Below are positions 26,508 to 39,400 of a stretch of DNA of 64,000 nucleotides, piece by piece. Below the pieces are notes generated by a model that ran no database searches, was not told where the DNA came from, and was given only the letters and a program-made list of their open reading frames with translations. The translations under genes were made by a program, and so were the position numbers. Position 1 is the stretch's first letter, and every line of letters starts with the position of its first letter. Where the stretch lies: assembly GCA_965153455.1 (NCBI GenBank), contig OZ234493.1:5270001-5334000 (forward strand). Reading direction: 5' to 3'. The DNA comes from Sphagnum compactum. Taxonomy: Eukaryota.

Positions 26508-29500
26508 TCATCTCCCCTTCTAACGACGAGTTCCACAAGGAGTGGACTTGGGTTTGTTTGGATATCGTCGATGGAACTCATGCACATTCTTTATAACATC
26601 TGATAGGTTATTGATTGGTTCCCAAATGTGTTCACTTACATCATACCCATGCCAATGAACAAAATATTGAAATTCACGATTAGAAACCTGTGAATTCAAA
26701 ATGTCCTCCACTTCATATTCTTGTTCACCATTGACTTCAATAGGTGGAATGGGATCATGGAATCTTCCTGGAATGGTAGACGTGTGGTAAGGTTCCAACA
26801 AGGAAACATGAAACATAGGATGGATTCTCATAGAACTTGGAAAGTTGAGTTGAAAGCCACGACATTGATTTGTTTCACAATGACGAATGGACTTAACTTC
26901 TAATGATCCAACTTTTTTGATGGTTTTGTTGTTTTGATATGTTGTTGTCAAAACCAAACTTGGTCATCGACCTCAAAGTTGGGTTGTTTTTTTTTATGTT
27001 TCTTAGCATTGTCCTTATATGGCCTTTGTGTTTCTTCAAGGTTAGATACAAGTTGAATTCGAACATCCACTAGCCACATGGTCTGATCTTCACCTACTAG
27101 ATTCATAATTTATGCACACCTTGAATGTCAAACTTGGGGTGCAAACCATGATTTGTAAATAAACGTATTTATTGGGTTGATGAATGCACTATGTTGTTGT
27201 AGGCAAATTTTGCCATAACCAAAAGTTATAACCAATTGGTTGTGCATCGTAAATATTATTCCAAGACTTGATTGACCCATTCTTTTTGCCCATTTGTTTG
27301 GGGGTGGAAAGTTAATGACAACTTCACTTTCACATCTAAAAGCTCAAATAATCACTTTTAAAACTTGGATGCAAATTAAAGCCCACAATCAAAAATGATA
27401 ACTTCAGGAAGACCATGATACCAAAAAACATCATCAAAGAATAATTTAGTTGTTCTTTCACTAGTTATTGTTTTGGTATATGGAATGAAATGAGTCATTT
27501 TCATTAAACGGTCCTCCACCACCAAGATGGAGTTACAAAAACTAAAAGGTGGGAGGTTTGTGATGAAGTCTGTGGAAATTAAAGACCACATGGGTGTAGG
27601 GATCGGTAATGGTTGAAGGAGACCATGAAAGTGATGATGAGGATTTTTTGCTCGAGCACAAACATGCAAGTTCTAACAAATTCCTTCACATACTTCCAAA
27701 GTTGTGGCCACCAATAATTTCCAAACATTAACTCCATGGTCTTGTTGAATCCAAAATGGCTTGTGGCCAAAGCATCATGCCTAACCTTGAGAACTTGAAG
27801 TCACGAAGAGCCATCAAGAACATACAAAATGCCATCATAATAAAATAGACCATTTTGAAATTCAAACTTAGCATGGTCACTAGAAAATTCATGGACTTGA
27901 TGATGACCCCTTAATTGGCCTTAGATGTCATAATAAGGTTCTTCGAATCTTCACGAATTTGACAAAAAAAGGTTATGTCATAAAAAATTGTTAATGCATA
28001 AAGTAAAAAATGTTCAAGCTTAAGAATGATATCACATTGTTGCTCATAGGCTTCATCTCCCTCTTTAGGCACGAAGTACTAGCAACGGGACAACGCATCA
28101 GGTTTCCCTTGTGGCGCCTAGGGTGATATGTGATGATAAACTGGAATCAAGACAAGGACGATGCCCACCAAAATTAACATTGATTCAAAACACGAGTTGT
28201 CATGAAATACTAAAAGTTCTAATGGTTTGAATACATAATGATTTTGTGTTGAACACCTTCAAGTAAATGATGTCCATCCACAATGGTTAAACGTTCTTTA
28301 TCGCGAATTTGGTAATTAATCTTTGCAAGAAAAAATTTACAAAAACGGAAGTCGAAAGGATGAAAAAATTTATTTTTTCCAAGTTATGAGAACACGACAT
28401 CTATTATAAAGTTGAAATTGTTTCTAAGACAAAAGGTTTGGAAGGGTTTACATGAATCAATAATGGGGTAATCGTGAAAGAAACTTTCAAAGATTGAAAG
28501 GCATTAATAGCTTCAACTCCCCAAGCAACAAGTGGATCCTTCCTAATCAATTGAGGAAAAGGGGTCACAATTGAAGAATAATGGGTAATGTAACATCTAT
28601 AAAAGTTGGCAAATCCGAGAAAACATTGGACATTTCGAACAAAAGCTAAAGTAGCCCAATCAACAATGGTTTGATCAGATGTTGGAAAACAACAAGTGTG
28701 TTCGTAAGGCCAAATGGCATCACAACATACTCAAAATGGCCATAACAAGTTCTAAAAGTTGTTTTCCATTCATCACCTTTTCAAATGCGTACCAAGTTGT
28801 ATGCTCCACATAAATCAATCTTGGTGTACACTTTGGCATGACCGAGCTGGTCCAGCAACCCTGAGATCAAGGGCAAAGGGTATTGATTCCTGGTGGTGAG
28901 TCAATTCAGTCCACGATAATTGACACACATTTGCACAAAACCATCTTTTTTTACCAAAGATGATAGGGGCACTGATTGGAGACTTTGAATGTCAAATGAA
29001 CTTTTTCTCAAGGTTCTCATCAATGTATCCATGAAGCACTACAAGTTCGTCTTGCGACAAATTATAGATGGGTCCAAATGGAATTTCAGTTATTTCCACA
29101 AGATTAATGGTGCAATTGTATGGTCGATTATTAGGCAAGGTGTTTGCATTTTTCTTCTCAAACACATCCTTGAATTCTTGGTAATGGGAAAGAATTTCAT
29201 GTGGACGTGGTTCAACATCTAATGAAGGAAAAATATAAATCAAGAATGCATCTCCTCTTGTGGTAGCCTTCGTGAAGGTTTTTGCTCCAACAAACAAAAG
29301 CTTGGGGCACCTAAACTTTCTTGTACCATCTAGGTTTTCCTTTTGCTTCAAATTTTGCATGTTTCTAACGAGGGTTTCACACTTGAGGGCTTCGTGTTGT
29401 GGTGTTTCAAAATGAAGACTTTTTGTATGCCAATCCATTCGCAGATTATGCAAAACAAACCAAAATAATCCAATGATGACAAGATTTTTTAGAAATTAAA

Positions 29501-30129
29501 TGACATTGAAGACAACCTTGCTAGTGTGGGAACCAATGGTAACATTTAATGGTTTGGTTTCATGTGTGACTAGTCCTAACGAAAGGTTTCGACTATCAAT
29601 GACCTCAATTGGCACTAGTGTGTTATTTTCCACTAAAACCAACTTGTATTGTTGCACCACCTCCTTGTCCATAAAAAATGTTATTGCACTAGAATCAATA
29701 AGTGCTTGGGTTTCCATTGTCACAAGCTTACTACATTTGATAATGATTGGTACCAAGAAACATGGTGTTACATTTGAAGATAGGTGGGGACCATTCTTAT
29801 TACATTATGCATCAAGGTCTAGCCTCGCGGTCCTTACTAAGACTAGACATGCTTGTTTTTCCTTTGGTTGTGGATTGGTAACAAAGATGGTGTGTGCTGC
29901 ATGTGGTCCACGTTTCTTTGGACATTCACGAGCAACATGATCTTGTTTTCCACAATATAAACAAATATTATTTGTATGTCGGCATTATTTTTCTTGCTCC
30001 GTGAGGGGCTTGAATCTTGTCTTATCAATATGCATGGGGTCATCCTTTGGCAAGGTTACTAAAGGCCGGGCTGACATTGCAGGTGAAAAATTCCTATGTG
30101 TTTTTTATGTGAGTTCATGGCGCTTCTCT

Positions 30130-32192
30130 CACTAGAAGAAATCTTATCCATTTTTACCATCATTTTGCAACTATAATGCGACTGTTGTCCACACCTACTA
30201 CATTTGTGACTTTGATATTTGTAATCCTATGTGTCCATGTAGTTGTAAGTATATACCATTTACATGTGTGACTAAATGATGGGTCTAATCAACTATTATT
30301 CGAATATGTAGTTGCATGATATGACTACAAAAGTTTTAGGTCAAAATATAGTTGAAATTTTGACATATTTCGTTCATTTTTTCTTATTTGTCCACTTATG
30401 GTTGATAATTGAGTTGCATGGTGATAATGATTATATATATATTTACAACTATGGACAATATAAGTTGTTGACTATCTCAAACTAACCTACATGGCGCACA
30501 TGACATTTCCATAAATTTTCAACATAAATACAATTCTATTTCAACACATTAATCTAAATTAACCATTTTAATTTTGGTTATATATCACCATAACACTATT
30601 TTTTTCACCAATTTGTTAAAACATTTGTAGGCTATAAGTTATATATAAGTAGTATGCTAGTTTACTAAATTTAGCTAAAAGGCCACTAGGTTTTGAAGGT
30701 TAGACCTAGTTAGGCTAGGTAAGCTAGGTAAGTAGTTGGTAGGCTAGGTCATTAATTTATTAATTGATTGTGTGAATGTGTGATCATGTTTTCATATTAA
30801 TTAATTAAATAAATAAATTAGGTACTTAATCAATTAATTAGAATGGCTAGGTAATATGTAATAAGTAGGATAGGTACTAGTAGGTAGTAGGTGGGTAGGT
30901 AAGCTAAACAATAGGTATTTTATTTTGTGGATATGCATAATGTTTTTGTGTTAATTTATTAGGTAGGCTAGGTAGTAGATAGTAGGTATGTAACATAAGT
31001 AGTATGTAATAAGTAGGATGGGCATTAATAGGTAGTAGGTATGTAGGTTATAAGTTAAGCAAGACGTATTTTATTTTGTGGATATGTTGTAGTGTTTTTG
31101 TATGAATTGTTTAATTAATTAGCTATGTTAAACAATTAATTTATTAAATGTAGGCTAACCAATTAATTTATAAGTAGGCTAGGTAGTAGATAGTAATTAG
31201 TATGTAGTCTAGGTAGTATGTGATAAGTAGGATAGGTAGTAGTAAGTAGTAGGTAGGTTAGGTAATAGATAGTAGATATGTAACCTAGGTAATATTAGCA
31301 AGTAGGATAAGTAGTAGGTAGTAAGTAGGATATGTTATAAATAGTTAGGAAAAATAGTAAATATTCTATTGTGTGGATATATGACAATGTTTTTGTATGG
31401 GATAAAGGATGTGATAATGTTGTAGTGTTGTAAAGTTGTAGTGTTTCCTTTTCATTAGAATGTATCCCATATCTTTTGTCTACAACTTCAAATTTATAAA
31501 TATATAAAGAAATGAAATAATGGACTAGATTCATGGTATGCATTATAAACATAGTACATGTGCCATTTGGGATGAACCAATCAAAAGGCTTGTCCCCAAT
31601 AAAATAAATAGAATCCTACCTACCTATTTAGTTTATGTTAAATAACCTTTTTTACCTTAACCTAGCTTAGAATAGATTGCCTATTATAGTTTGGCCTAGG
31701 ATAGATTATAATTAATAATATTGAATTTAATTAATTATTTAAATATAATATATTAGTTGTTGTAATTATAAATTAAATTTTTGTCATTATAATATTCAAT
31801 TATTATAATTACAATATATCTTTTTTGAACAATGGAAAATTGCCACATGTTTTATGGCCATTAACTTTTTAAATTACCACGTGGTTAAATTCTAACCACC
31901 CATCAATGGCACATTTGGTAGCATGTGATTTTCCCAAATGTAGTTACAAATGCAATTGTAGATTGGGGTTCCACATCATACTAAGGATCATCCATGGCAA
32001 TGGATGAGAAATTATGGCCTAATCATGAGGTTTGTGACTACACTTTCAACTTCATGGCCATGTCATGTCTTTTGCGACTTATTGTCTTATGGCACTTGTC
32101 TTAAGCGACTAGGCTAGTTTTAGTTACATGTGCCCATTACAACTATAAATGAATCGCAAATCCAATCATTGATTTTCAAATTTCTTCTAATG
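30130..32192. mobile_element. Non-autonomous CACTA element inserted in the chromovirus gag
   Basis: Termini CACTAGAAGAAAT and ATTTCTTCTAATG (one transition), TSD tct/ttt. Removing it rejoins the gag CDNR...RR.EKR region. Internal taggtag-rich repeats. Confidence 0.8.
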
Positions 32193-32868
32193 TTTTATCG
32201 ACGTTAAAAAAACCTATTGTCACAGTAAACAACTTGTGCAATGGCCTAACTTAATGGTAAAGGTTTGGCGAGGTGAATAACAAGTCTTTCACATCACTTT
32301 GTAACCCAATTGGAATTGATTTATGAGCACTGTTGTTTCACCCATGTAATATTGCAAGTCAACTTTTTAAACTTTGATGCGTATACTATAGTTAAACGTG
32401 ATCCTTGACAAATAAATCATATTTTTGTGCTAGACATGCGTTCTTTGTCCGAATCTCCAAAGGTGGCATTGAATTCCTCAAGAAATGTTTCAAAGTTGTT
32501 GAACAAGGGTGATTGATGTTCCCACAAAGGTGCAAACCAAGCAAGGACCGTGCCTTCCAACAAGGTGCTTATGAATCCAAATTGAACTGGGTTAGTTGGA
32601 TATTGATGAAGGTGAAGTTGGATGATTAAACACATTTGGTTGACAAAACTTTGAAACTTTGAATGTGTATCATCAAATTTGTTAATTAGGCTGATTTGTG
32701 GCTCCTTTGGTTACAATTGTGTTGTCGAAACGCATCCCAAAGAGGTCAAAGTTTGATTGGTTTCCAAATGAACAGTAGATTCGCGAAGTGTTAAATTTTC
32801 CTGTTCAAGATTCCTAAGGTTAATAGCTAGCTCATAATGAACAACAGACCAATATGTAAGAAACAGTA

Positions 32869-33162
32869 TGTCACTTCAAGACCGAAAAGAAAACATACCC
32901 CTCAACTTTTAGTTAAGTTTTTATTTATATTTCTTTGAGTTACAACTTAACTTGAAGTTAATTAAGAGTTAGCTAGAAGTGAACTAAAATTTAACTAAAA
33001 ATGACTAAAAATCAACTAGAAGTGAACAATGAGTCAAGTGGAAATGAATTAAAAGTTAACTAAAAGTGAACAGAAGCTAAACAAAAAGTTATGCACAAAT
33101 TTATTACAAGTCATGAATGATCATTCAAATGAATGAACTCCATGGCATTGACATTTGTGATA
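32869..33162 (-). repeat. Shortened 5' LTR of the chromovirus
   Basis: Ends ...tttattacaagtcatgaatgatcattcaaatgaatgaactccatggcattgacatttgtgata, matching the other LTR. The inner boundary is uncertain. Confidence 0.7.
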
Positions 33163-34129
33163 GGGAGTATGTTTGAACAATATGTGCACTAGCTCTAAGC
33201 ACATTTACAGCCCCATTTTATGAAACCACAAGAGTCCTTCGTTTTCTCCATCCACTTGTTAAAGTTAATCTCCCCCCTTTTGTTAATGATTTCCATCTTG
33301 AGATGGAGGTTCCTTTAGATTGGGAGGCATTTGTTTCTTTCTTGGTTCGTTCATCATGTTTTATTTTGGTGCCCCTCGAGTATGGTATATGAACTTTTAT
33401 GGGACTATTTTCTCCTAGATGATTTTCCAGTCACTACTACAAAAATGTGTTGTAGTTTACTAGCCTAAACCACTATGGGACCTTAAAAATGAAATAACTT
33501 CATTGCATTTTACTGATTTCACCCTGCTGAAAGTTATTTCATTATAATATCACTATGTAGACATCATGTTTCATTACTACTTAACATAATTCACTATTAT
33601 AATTTACTATAGTAAATAGGTTTATTTATATGTTTTTAAAAATATTCTATCTATGTTACTTTATGATATACCCTATATTATTTTAAGCTACTTTAGATAT
33701 TCTAACTTATATTTTATGTTATTATAAGTTATTATAAATGATTGTATTCTAAACTATTATATGTTATTTTACCTTAAGGTATCTTAACTAGTTTATTATA
33801 AGCTTTTAAGCTATTCTAAATTAAATTATTCAACTAATTTTAGGCTATCCCTTAGGTTATTTTATTTTAAATTAATATATGTTATTTCAAGTTATACTTT
33901 AAATTATTCAAAGTCATTACGTTTTATGTTATTATAAATTATTTTATCCTAAGTATAATAACTTAAAATAATCTAAAATAAAATATAATGACCTAAAGTA
34001 AAAATAACTTAGAATAAAAAATAATAACTCATGAAAAATAATTTTAAATACCTATAATATAATAACTACCAATAGCCTATGATATTATAACATAAAATAT
34101 CCAACAGTAATTTATAATATTATTCACCA

Positions 34130-35610
34130 ATAGTTATAATATAACATATAATACCCACCAATAACCATTAATATAATAATCATTGATAACCACCAGTATC
34201 CACCAATAGAATATTCACCAATAGCCATTAATATAATAATCATTGATAACCACCAATATCCACAATAGAATATTCACCAATAGCCATTAATATAATAATC
34301 ATTGATAACCACCAGTATCCACCAATAGAATATTCACCAATAACCATTAATATAATTATCATTGATAACCACCAGTATCCACCAATAGAATATTCACCAA
34401 TAGCCATTAATATAATAATCATTGATAACCACCAGTATCCACCAATATAATATTCACCAATAACCATTAATATAATTATCATTGATAACCACCAGTATCC
34501 ACCAATAGAATATTCACCAATAGCCATTAATATAATAATCATTGATAACCACCAGTATCCACCAATAGAATATTCGCCAATAGCCATTAATATAATAATC
34601 ATTGATAACCACCAGTATCCACCAATAGAATATTCGCCAATAACCATTAATATAATAATCATTGATAACCACCAATATCCACTAATAAAATATTCACCAA
34701 TAGCTGTTAATATAATATTCATTAATAACCACCAATATCCACAATAAAATATTCACCAATAGCCATTAATAGAATATTCACCAATAGCCATTAATAGAAT
34801 AATCACCAATAGCCATTAATAGAATAGTCACTAATAGCCATTGATAAAATAGCCATTAATAACCATTAATAGAATAGCCACAAATAGCCATTAATAGAAT
34901 AGCCACAAATAGCCATTAATAGAATAACCATAAATACCCATTAATAGAATAACCATAAATAGCCATTAATAGAATAACCACAAATAGCCATTAATAGAAT
35001 AACCACAAATAGCCATTAATAGAAAAACCACAAATAACCATTAATAGAATAACCATAAATACCCATTAATCGAATAACCACTAATAGCCATTAATAGAAT
35101 AACCACAAATAGCCATTAATAGAATAACCAAAAATAGCCATTAATAGAATAACCATAAATAACCATTAATAGAATAACCATAAATACCCATTAATAGAAT
35201 AACCATAAATACCCATTAATAGAATAACCACTAATAGCCATTAATAAAATAACCACTAATAGAATAACTATTAATGGCCATTAATATAATAGCGACCAAT
35301 AGCCATTAATATGAATAGCCACTAATAGAATAACTATTAATGGCCATTAATAGAATAGCCACTAATAGCCATTAATAGAATAGCCACTAATAGCCATTAA
35401 TAGAATAGCCACTAATAGCCATTAATAGAATAGCCATCAATAGCCATTAATAGAATAACCACCAATGGCCATTAATAGAATAACCACTAATAGAATAACT
35501 AATAATGGCCATTAATAGAATAACCACCAATAACTATTAATAGAATAACCATTAATAGGCATTAATAGCCACCAATAAAATTGGTATCAATAGCCATTGA
35601 TAACCATTAA
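34130..35610. repeat. Minisatellite inside the CACTA: ~10 x 60-bp units, then ~22-23-bp units (aatagccattaatagaataacca)
   Basis: Near-identical 60-bp units at ~34160-34760 grade into a shorter unit sharing the aatagccattaata core. Confidence 0.95.
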
Positions 35611-36343
35611 TAACCCTAATAAAAAAATAACCAATAACCATATATTAGAATTGTTTAGGATTGCCAAAAATAATCAAGGGTGAAATAATTTATAATAGAC
35701 TAAAGTAACTTAAGGTGAAATAACATATAATAACGTAGAATTGACAATAATAACATAAGGTGAAATAGCCTTCAATAGCCAAAAGTAACTTATAATAGCT
35801 GCTAGTAGTCTAAATTGAAATAATTTACAATAGCAAAAAAATAACATATAATATCTAAAAAAACTTACAATAGTTAAAACTAGCTTAAGGTGAAATAAAT
35901 TAAAATAGCTAAAAGTAACTTGGAATAACCAAAGTAGCCTAAGGTGAAATAGCTAAAAATAACGAAAAGTAATTGAGAATAACCATAAATAGTCGTAAAT
36001 AATATAGGGTGGAATAATTTAAATTAATAAAAAATAGTCATATAATAATTGAAAGTAGATTAGCATAGGTAGTATTTTATATTAATAACAAATCCATTTA
36101 TTAAAAAAAATTTCAAAAAAATGGTCATTGAAATGTTATTGAATAATGATATTCAACTTTTTTTTTGTTCAAATGATTTTAAACTTTCAAAAGGAAAATC
36201 AATGTAATTATGTACATTATTGAATTAAAAAAAAAACTTGAATTATTTCATTTGAACAAAATTTCAATAAGATATGAATTTTCAAAGTTTAGAATGAAGT
36301 ATTTGATAAATAGAATGTAATGTAACATATTACCACAACAAGT

Positions 36344-36410
36344 GGGGTGGCTTGATGGTAAGGGTGTTTGCCTCCATTCCAAAAGTCAAGGGATCAAACC
36401 TCATAAACAG
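36344..36410 (+). pseudogene. tRNA-derived fragment (SINE head-like)
   Basis: A-box-like TGGCTTGATGG and B-box-like GGATCAAACC at tRNA spacing. Anticodon-arm-like tttgc-ctccatt-ccaaa. Acceptor stem broken. Confidence 0.45.
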
Positions 36411-39400
36411 TGTTGTGTGTGGTCAACAATGGTATGTTGACTGAATATTCTCCTATCGAATTCCTATAATAGGTGCCTAAGTTAATTACGTGGCCTACCT
36501 ACTTACTTACCTAGGCTAGGTTTTAAACTTAGCCTAGGTAGTGACATGTGTCAATAAGTCATAGGTTTGAAAAATCATGAAATTATCAATAATATTATAT
36601 ATTAAATAATTAAATTTTAATTGATTTCCATGCTAGTTAGTTAATTAACTAGCAAGTGAATGGTTTGATAAATTTGTATTTCATTTTAGAGTAACCTTGT
36701 TTCACTAGGTACTAATTCATTAAAAACAATTCATTGTCCGTAGCAACTGGTCCTTGTTCACTAGGGGGTTAAACAATTTTACTAGGTAAAAATGTCCAAA
36801 TCCACTCAAAATCTAGTGAAATCCACAGTGAATTAGGATGCATTTTGTAGTAGTGAGTGGCTTTGACCTCTTTTTTGAGGTTTGTGGCCACATTGTTCAA
36901 GGTCATGTTCCACCTTCAGAATCGCATTTGTTTTATGCATCTTGACTCCTAACGTTGGAGAAGCAGTTTGGAGGCATATGTCCCATCGCGATTAGTGAAA
37001 TAACCTATCACCTAGTTGTTCACACTCTAACTATTTAGTTTAAGGATATTTTTGTGGAGCATATTAATCCTCGTCAATTTGGTGTAGCAATTTATGGTGG
37101 GTAACAATGGTTCATGGCTTTTAAGCAATGTTATATTTGCATCTAGATTGGGTGGTGTTATAGGTGGATGTCCGTAATGCTTTCAATTTAGTAGCACGGT
37201 CAACCATTTTTCAAGAGTTAAAATCTTCACCCAATTTTTTTAATTAATTTTTTTCATTTGTATGATGATTTTACACACGCCCATCCCCACAATGTTCTTA
37301 TTAGGTTTCCCAAAATGGGGATTTCATAATCAATTCATTGGAATTAGGTACATGATAAGGGGACTCATTGGGAGGAGCGTTGTTTATTTTAGTTCACTTT
37401 CGCACTTTTCATCTTATAAAAAGAACCCACCTTACTTGTGTTTTCCTTTCCTTAGCGGATGATACACATATAGTAGGTCCTACATCAAATGCGGTTATTG
37501 TGTTTTTATGATTGTAGTAAGAATTATTAGCATTAGGGCTTTTAGTGTATCCAATGTACTGTGTAGTTTGGTTTCCACAGGGGTTGGACCATTTTATATG
37601 AGTTCCTCCTAGCTTTCTTACTCTTGATTTGAGTTTTCGTAGTTTGGGTGCACTCATGGGATCCACATCATTTGTTGAATCGTTTATGGTTGAGGTTTGT
37701 CATGAGGATCTTGCGATGATATTTAATTTCCTTCTGTTTATAGATCGTCATGTGGCTTTTGTGATGCTTTTGTTGTGTTATGCCCAACGTCCAAGCTACT
37801 TGCTTCGTATAATGTTTCCATCTTTAGATATTTTGGAACATTATGCTGAGTTTGATACTCATACCATAAATATGTTAGAAAAGTTACTTGGTGCGGGATG
37901 GTTTTATCAATCACCCAACTCATCGTCAGGCCACTCTCCTTCCTTCTTTGGGCATGCTTAACCTCCTTTTTGTGGTTTAGACTGCTACCCCCACATTTTT
38001 AGAGTGTTGGGCACTGAATGCTCTTACACTTGACATTCGTTTCCAACAGGACGATCACCTTATTCTTCTAGATGCAATAGCACATGTTGAGATTAACACT
38101 TCCTTGTTCCAAATGGCATTATGAGATGTTTGAACCATGTTACCCCAAGTTGTCTACTGTTAAATCCCACCCTTTGAAAGTGTAGTGATTTAGTCTTATC
38201 CTTAGTTGTAGGTTTCTTTGGTAGATCACCTACACGGATAGGAGTTTGTTTCACTTTTAGTAAATTTTCCTTTGGATATCGTGCAAACATGTCTCCATTC
38301 ATGTGCGGGTCTAGGGCAGGCGCTTGGTTATATTATCTTATCCTACCACACCTACACTTCATTTATCCTCAACCCACTATTTATAACATTATGTACCTGT
38401 CATGGCTTGTCACATCCTATAATTGCCCATATTTCATAATGTGAGTGTGGTCATATTAATGAGGATCTAGGTACCTATTTGCTTCAGTGTTCTTGCGGGA
38501 ATGAGTGTACAACAACCCACAACACATTTCGAGATATTGTCACAACTATTGTTTTGAAAAGTGGAGCACATGTTCAGGCGGAGGTCTCTCACCTTTTCCC
38601 TCACCACACCCGATGACAATTAGATATCCTTATCACTGGAGACAATTTCAAACTTTGATGGACGTTGTCATTGTTGACCCAACTTGCACATATATGGTGC
38701 AGTGAACATCAACAATGATAACGCACGTAATGATGATGGTGTTTAAGAAAAAACACAATCATACATCAAACAAACATTAAGCGATGATTTCATTCCCCTT
38801 GTTATTGAGACGTATGGGTGTTTTCATTTTCGTTTTGATTCATTTTTGATCGCTTGTGCACATATCACTATTGCACATCATTAGCGATTTTCTTTAGTCC
38901 CTTCGATACTTGTTTCTTACTATTGATAATGCATGTCCATAGCCCTACAATGTGTGCAGATCATAGCGATTCTTTAACAGGTTACTACACTTGGTTAATG
39001 TTCTTTATCTCTTCCACACATCATAGCTAGCACATTTCTGTCACTAGTTGATTTGTGACAGACGATAGTTCTTTTGTCTTAGGTTGTGTCTTTACATCAT
39101 TGATTGTCATTTTGTAACCATGGGTCCTATTTGCATGGGGTTGTTTCGTTATTTTTGTTGATAATTTGCTTTTGTTTTTTCTTTGGGTTGTGTCTACTTG
39201 TGCTTTCATTTGCCTTGTACTTTTGATGGATGGGTTCCCATCCTTGTTTTTTGTATTTATAGGGTTTTTCTTCTTAATTCTATCACTAGGTTACTCCATG
39301 AAATATGTTAAAAAACCACAAGTCCTCCTAAGGGATTCATATTATACCAATTAATGTCCCTAAGCCAAAGGTTGTACGTGCCAAAATTGGGGAATAAATC

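Larger units (their letters stand above)
25807..33162 (-). mobile_element. Decayed Ty3/gypsy chromovirus (Tcn1-like) LTR retrotransposon
   Basis: Minus-strand order gag (KEPQISL..KFD; GTVLAWFAPL), protease (ALIDSSA, ~29700), RT, RNaseH, integrase (WWPQLWKYVKEFV; WSLISTDFITNLP), chromodomain (EYEVEDIL...YFVHWHGY, ~26600-26720). PPT gaaggggagatga at 26508-26520. TSD gggaa/gggag (25802-25806, 33163-33167). Many stops and frameshifts. Confidence 0.92.
33432..36855. mobile_element. Non-autonomous CACTA element inserted in the CRE-like LINE
   Basis: Perfect 13-bp TIR CACTACTACAAAA / TTTTGTAGTAGTG and perfect TSD AGT (33429-33431, 36856-36858). Subterminal ttcacta motifs. Confidence 0.93.
24982..39290 (+). 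mobile_element. Decayed CRE-like non-LTR retrotransposon (RT plus restriction-like endonuclease), interrupted by a Ty3 and a CACTA insertion
   Basis: Pieces at ~24982-25806, 33163-33431 and 36856-~39290. CPFYNC zinc-finger-like motif ~25265. RT remnants GGICPIAISE (~36970), QFGVAIYGG, DWVVL*VDVRNAFN, GT**GDSLGG, SLADDTHIVG (~37450). Zinc knuckle CECGH...LLQC (~38440). REL motifs LDILIT...LMDVVIVDPT and FIPLVIETYG (~38620-38820). Ends approximate. Confidence 0.75.

Noticed and set aside
34240..34722. 160-aa repetitive ORF (IGEYSIGGYWWLSMIIILM)n
   Set aside because: By-product of a 60-bp minisatellite (a multiple of 3) inside a CACTA element.
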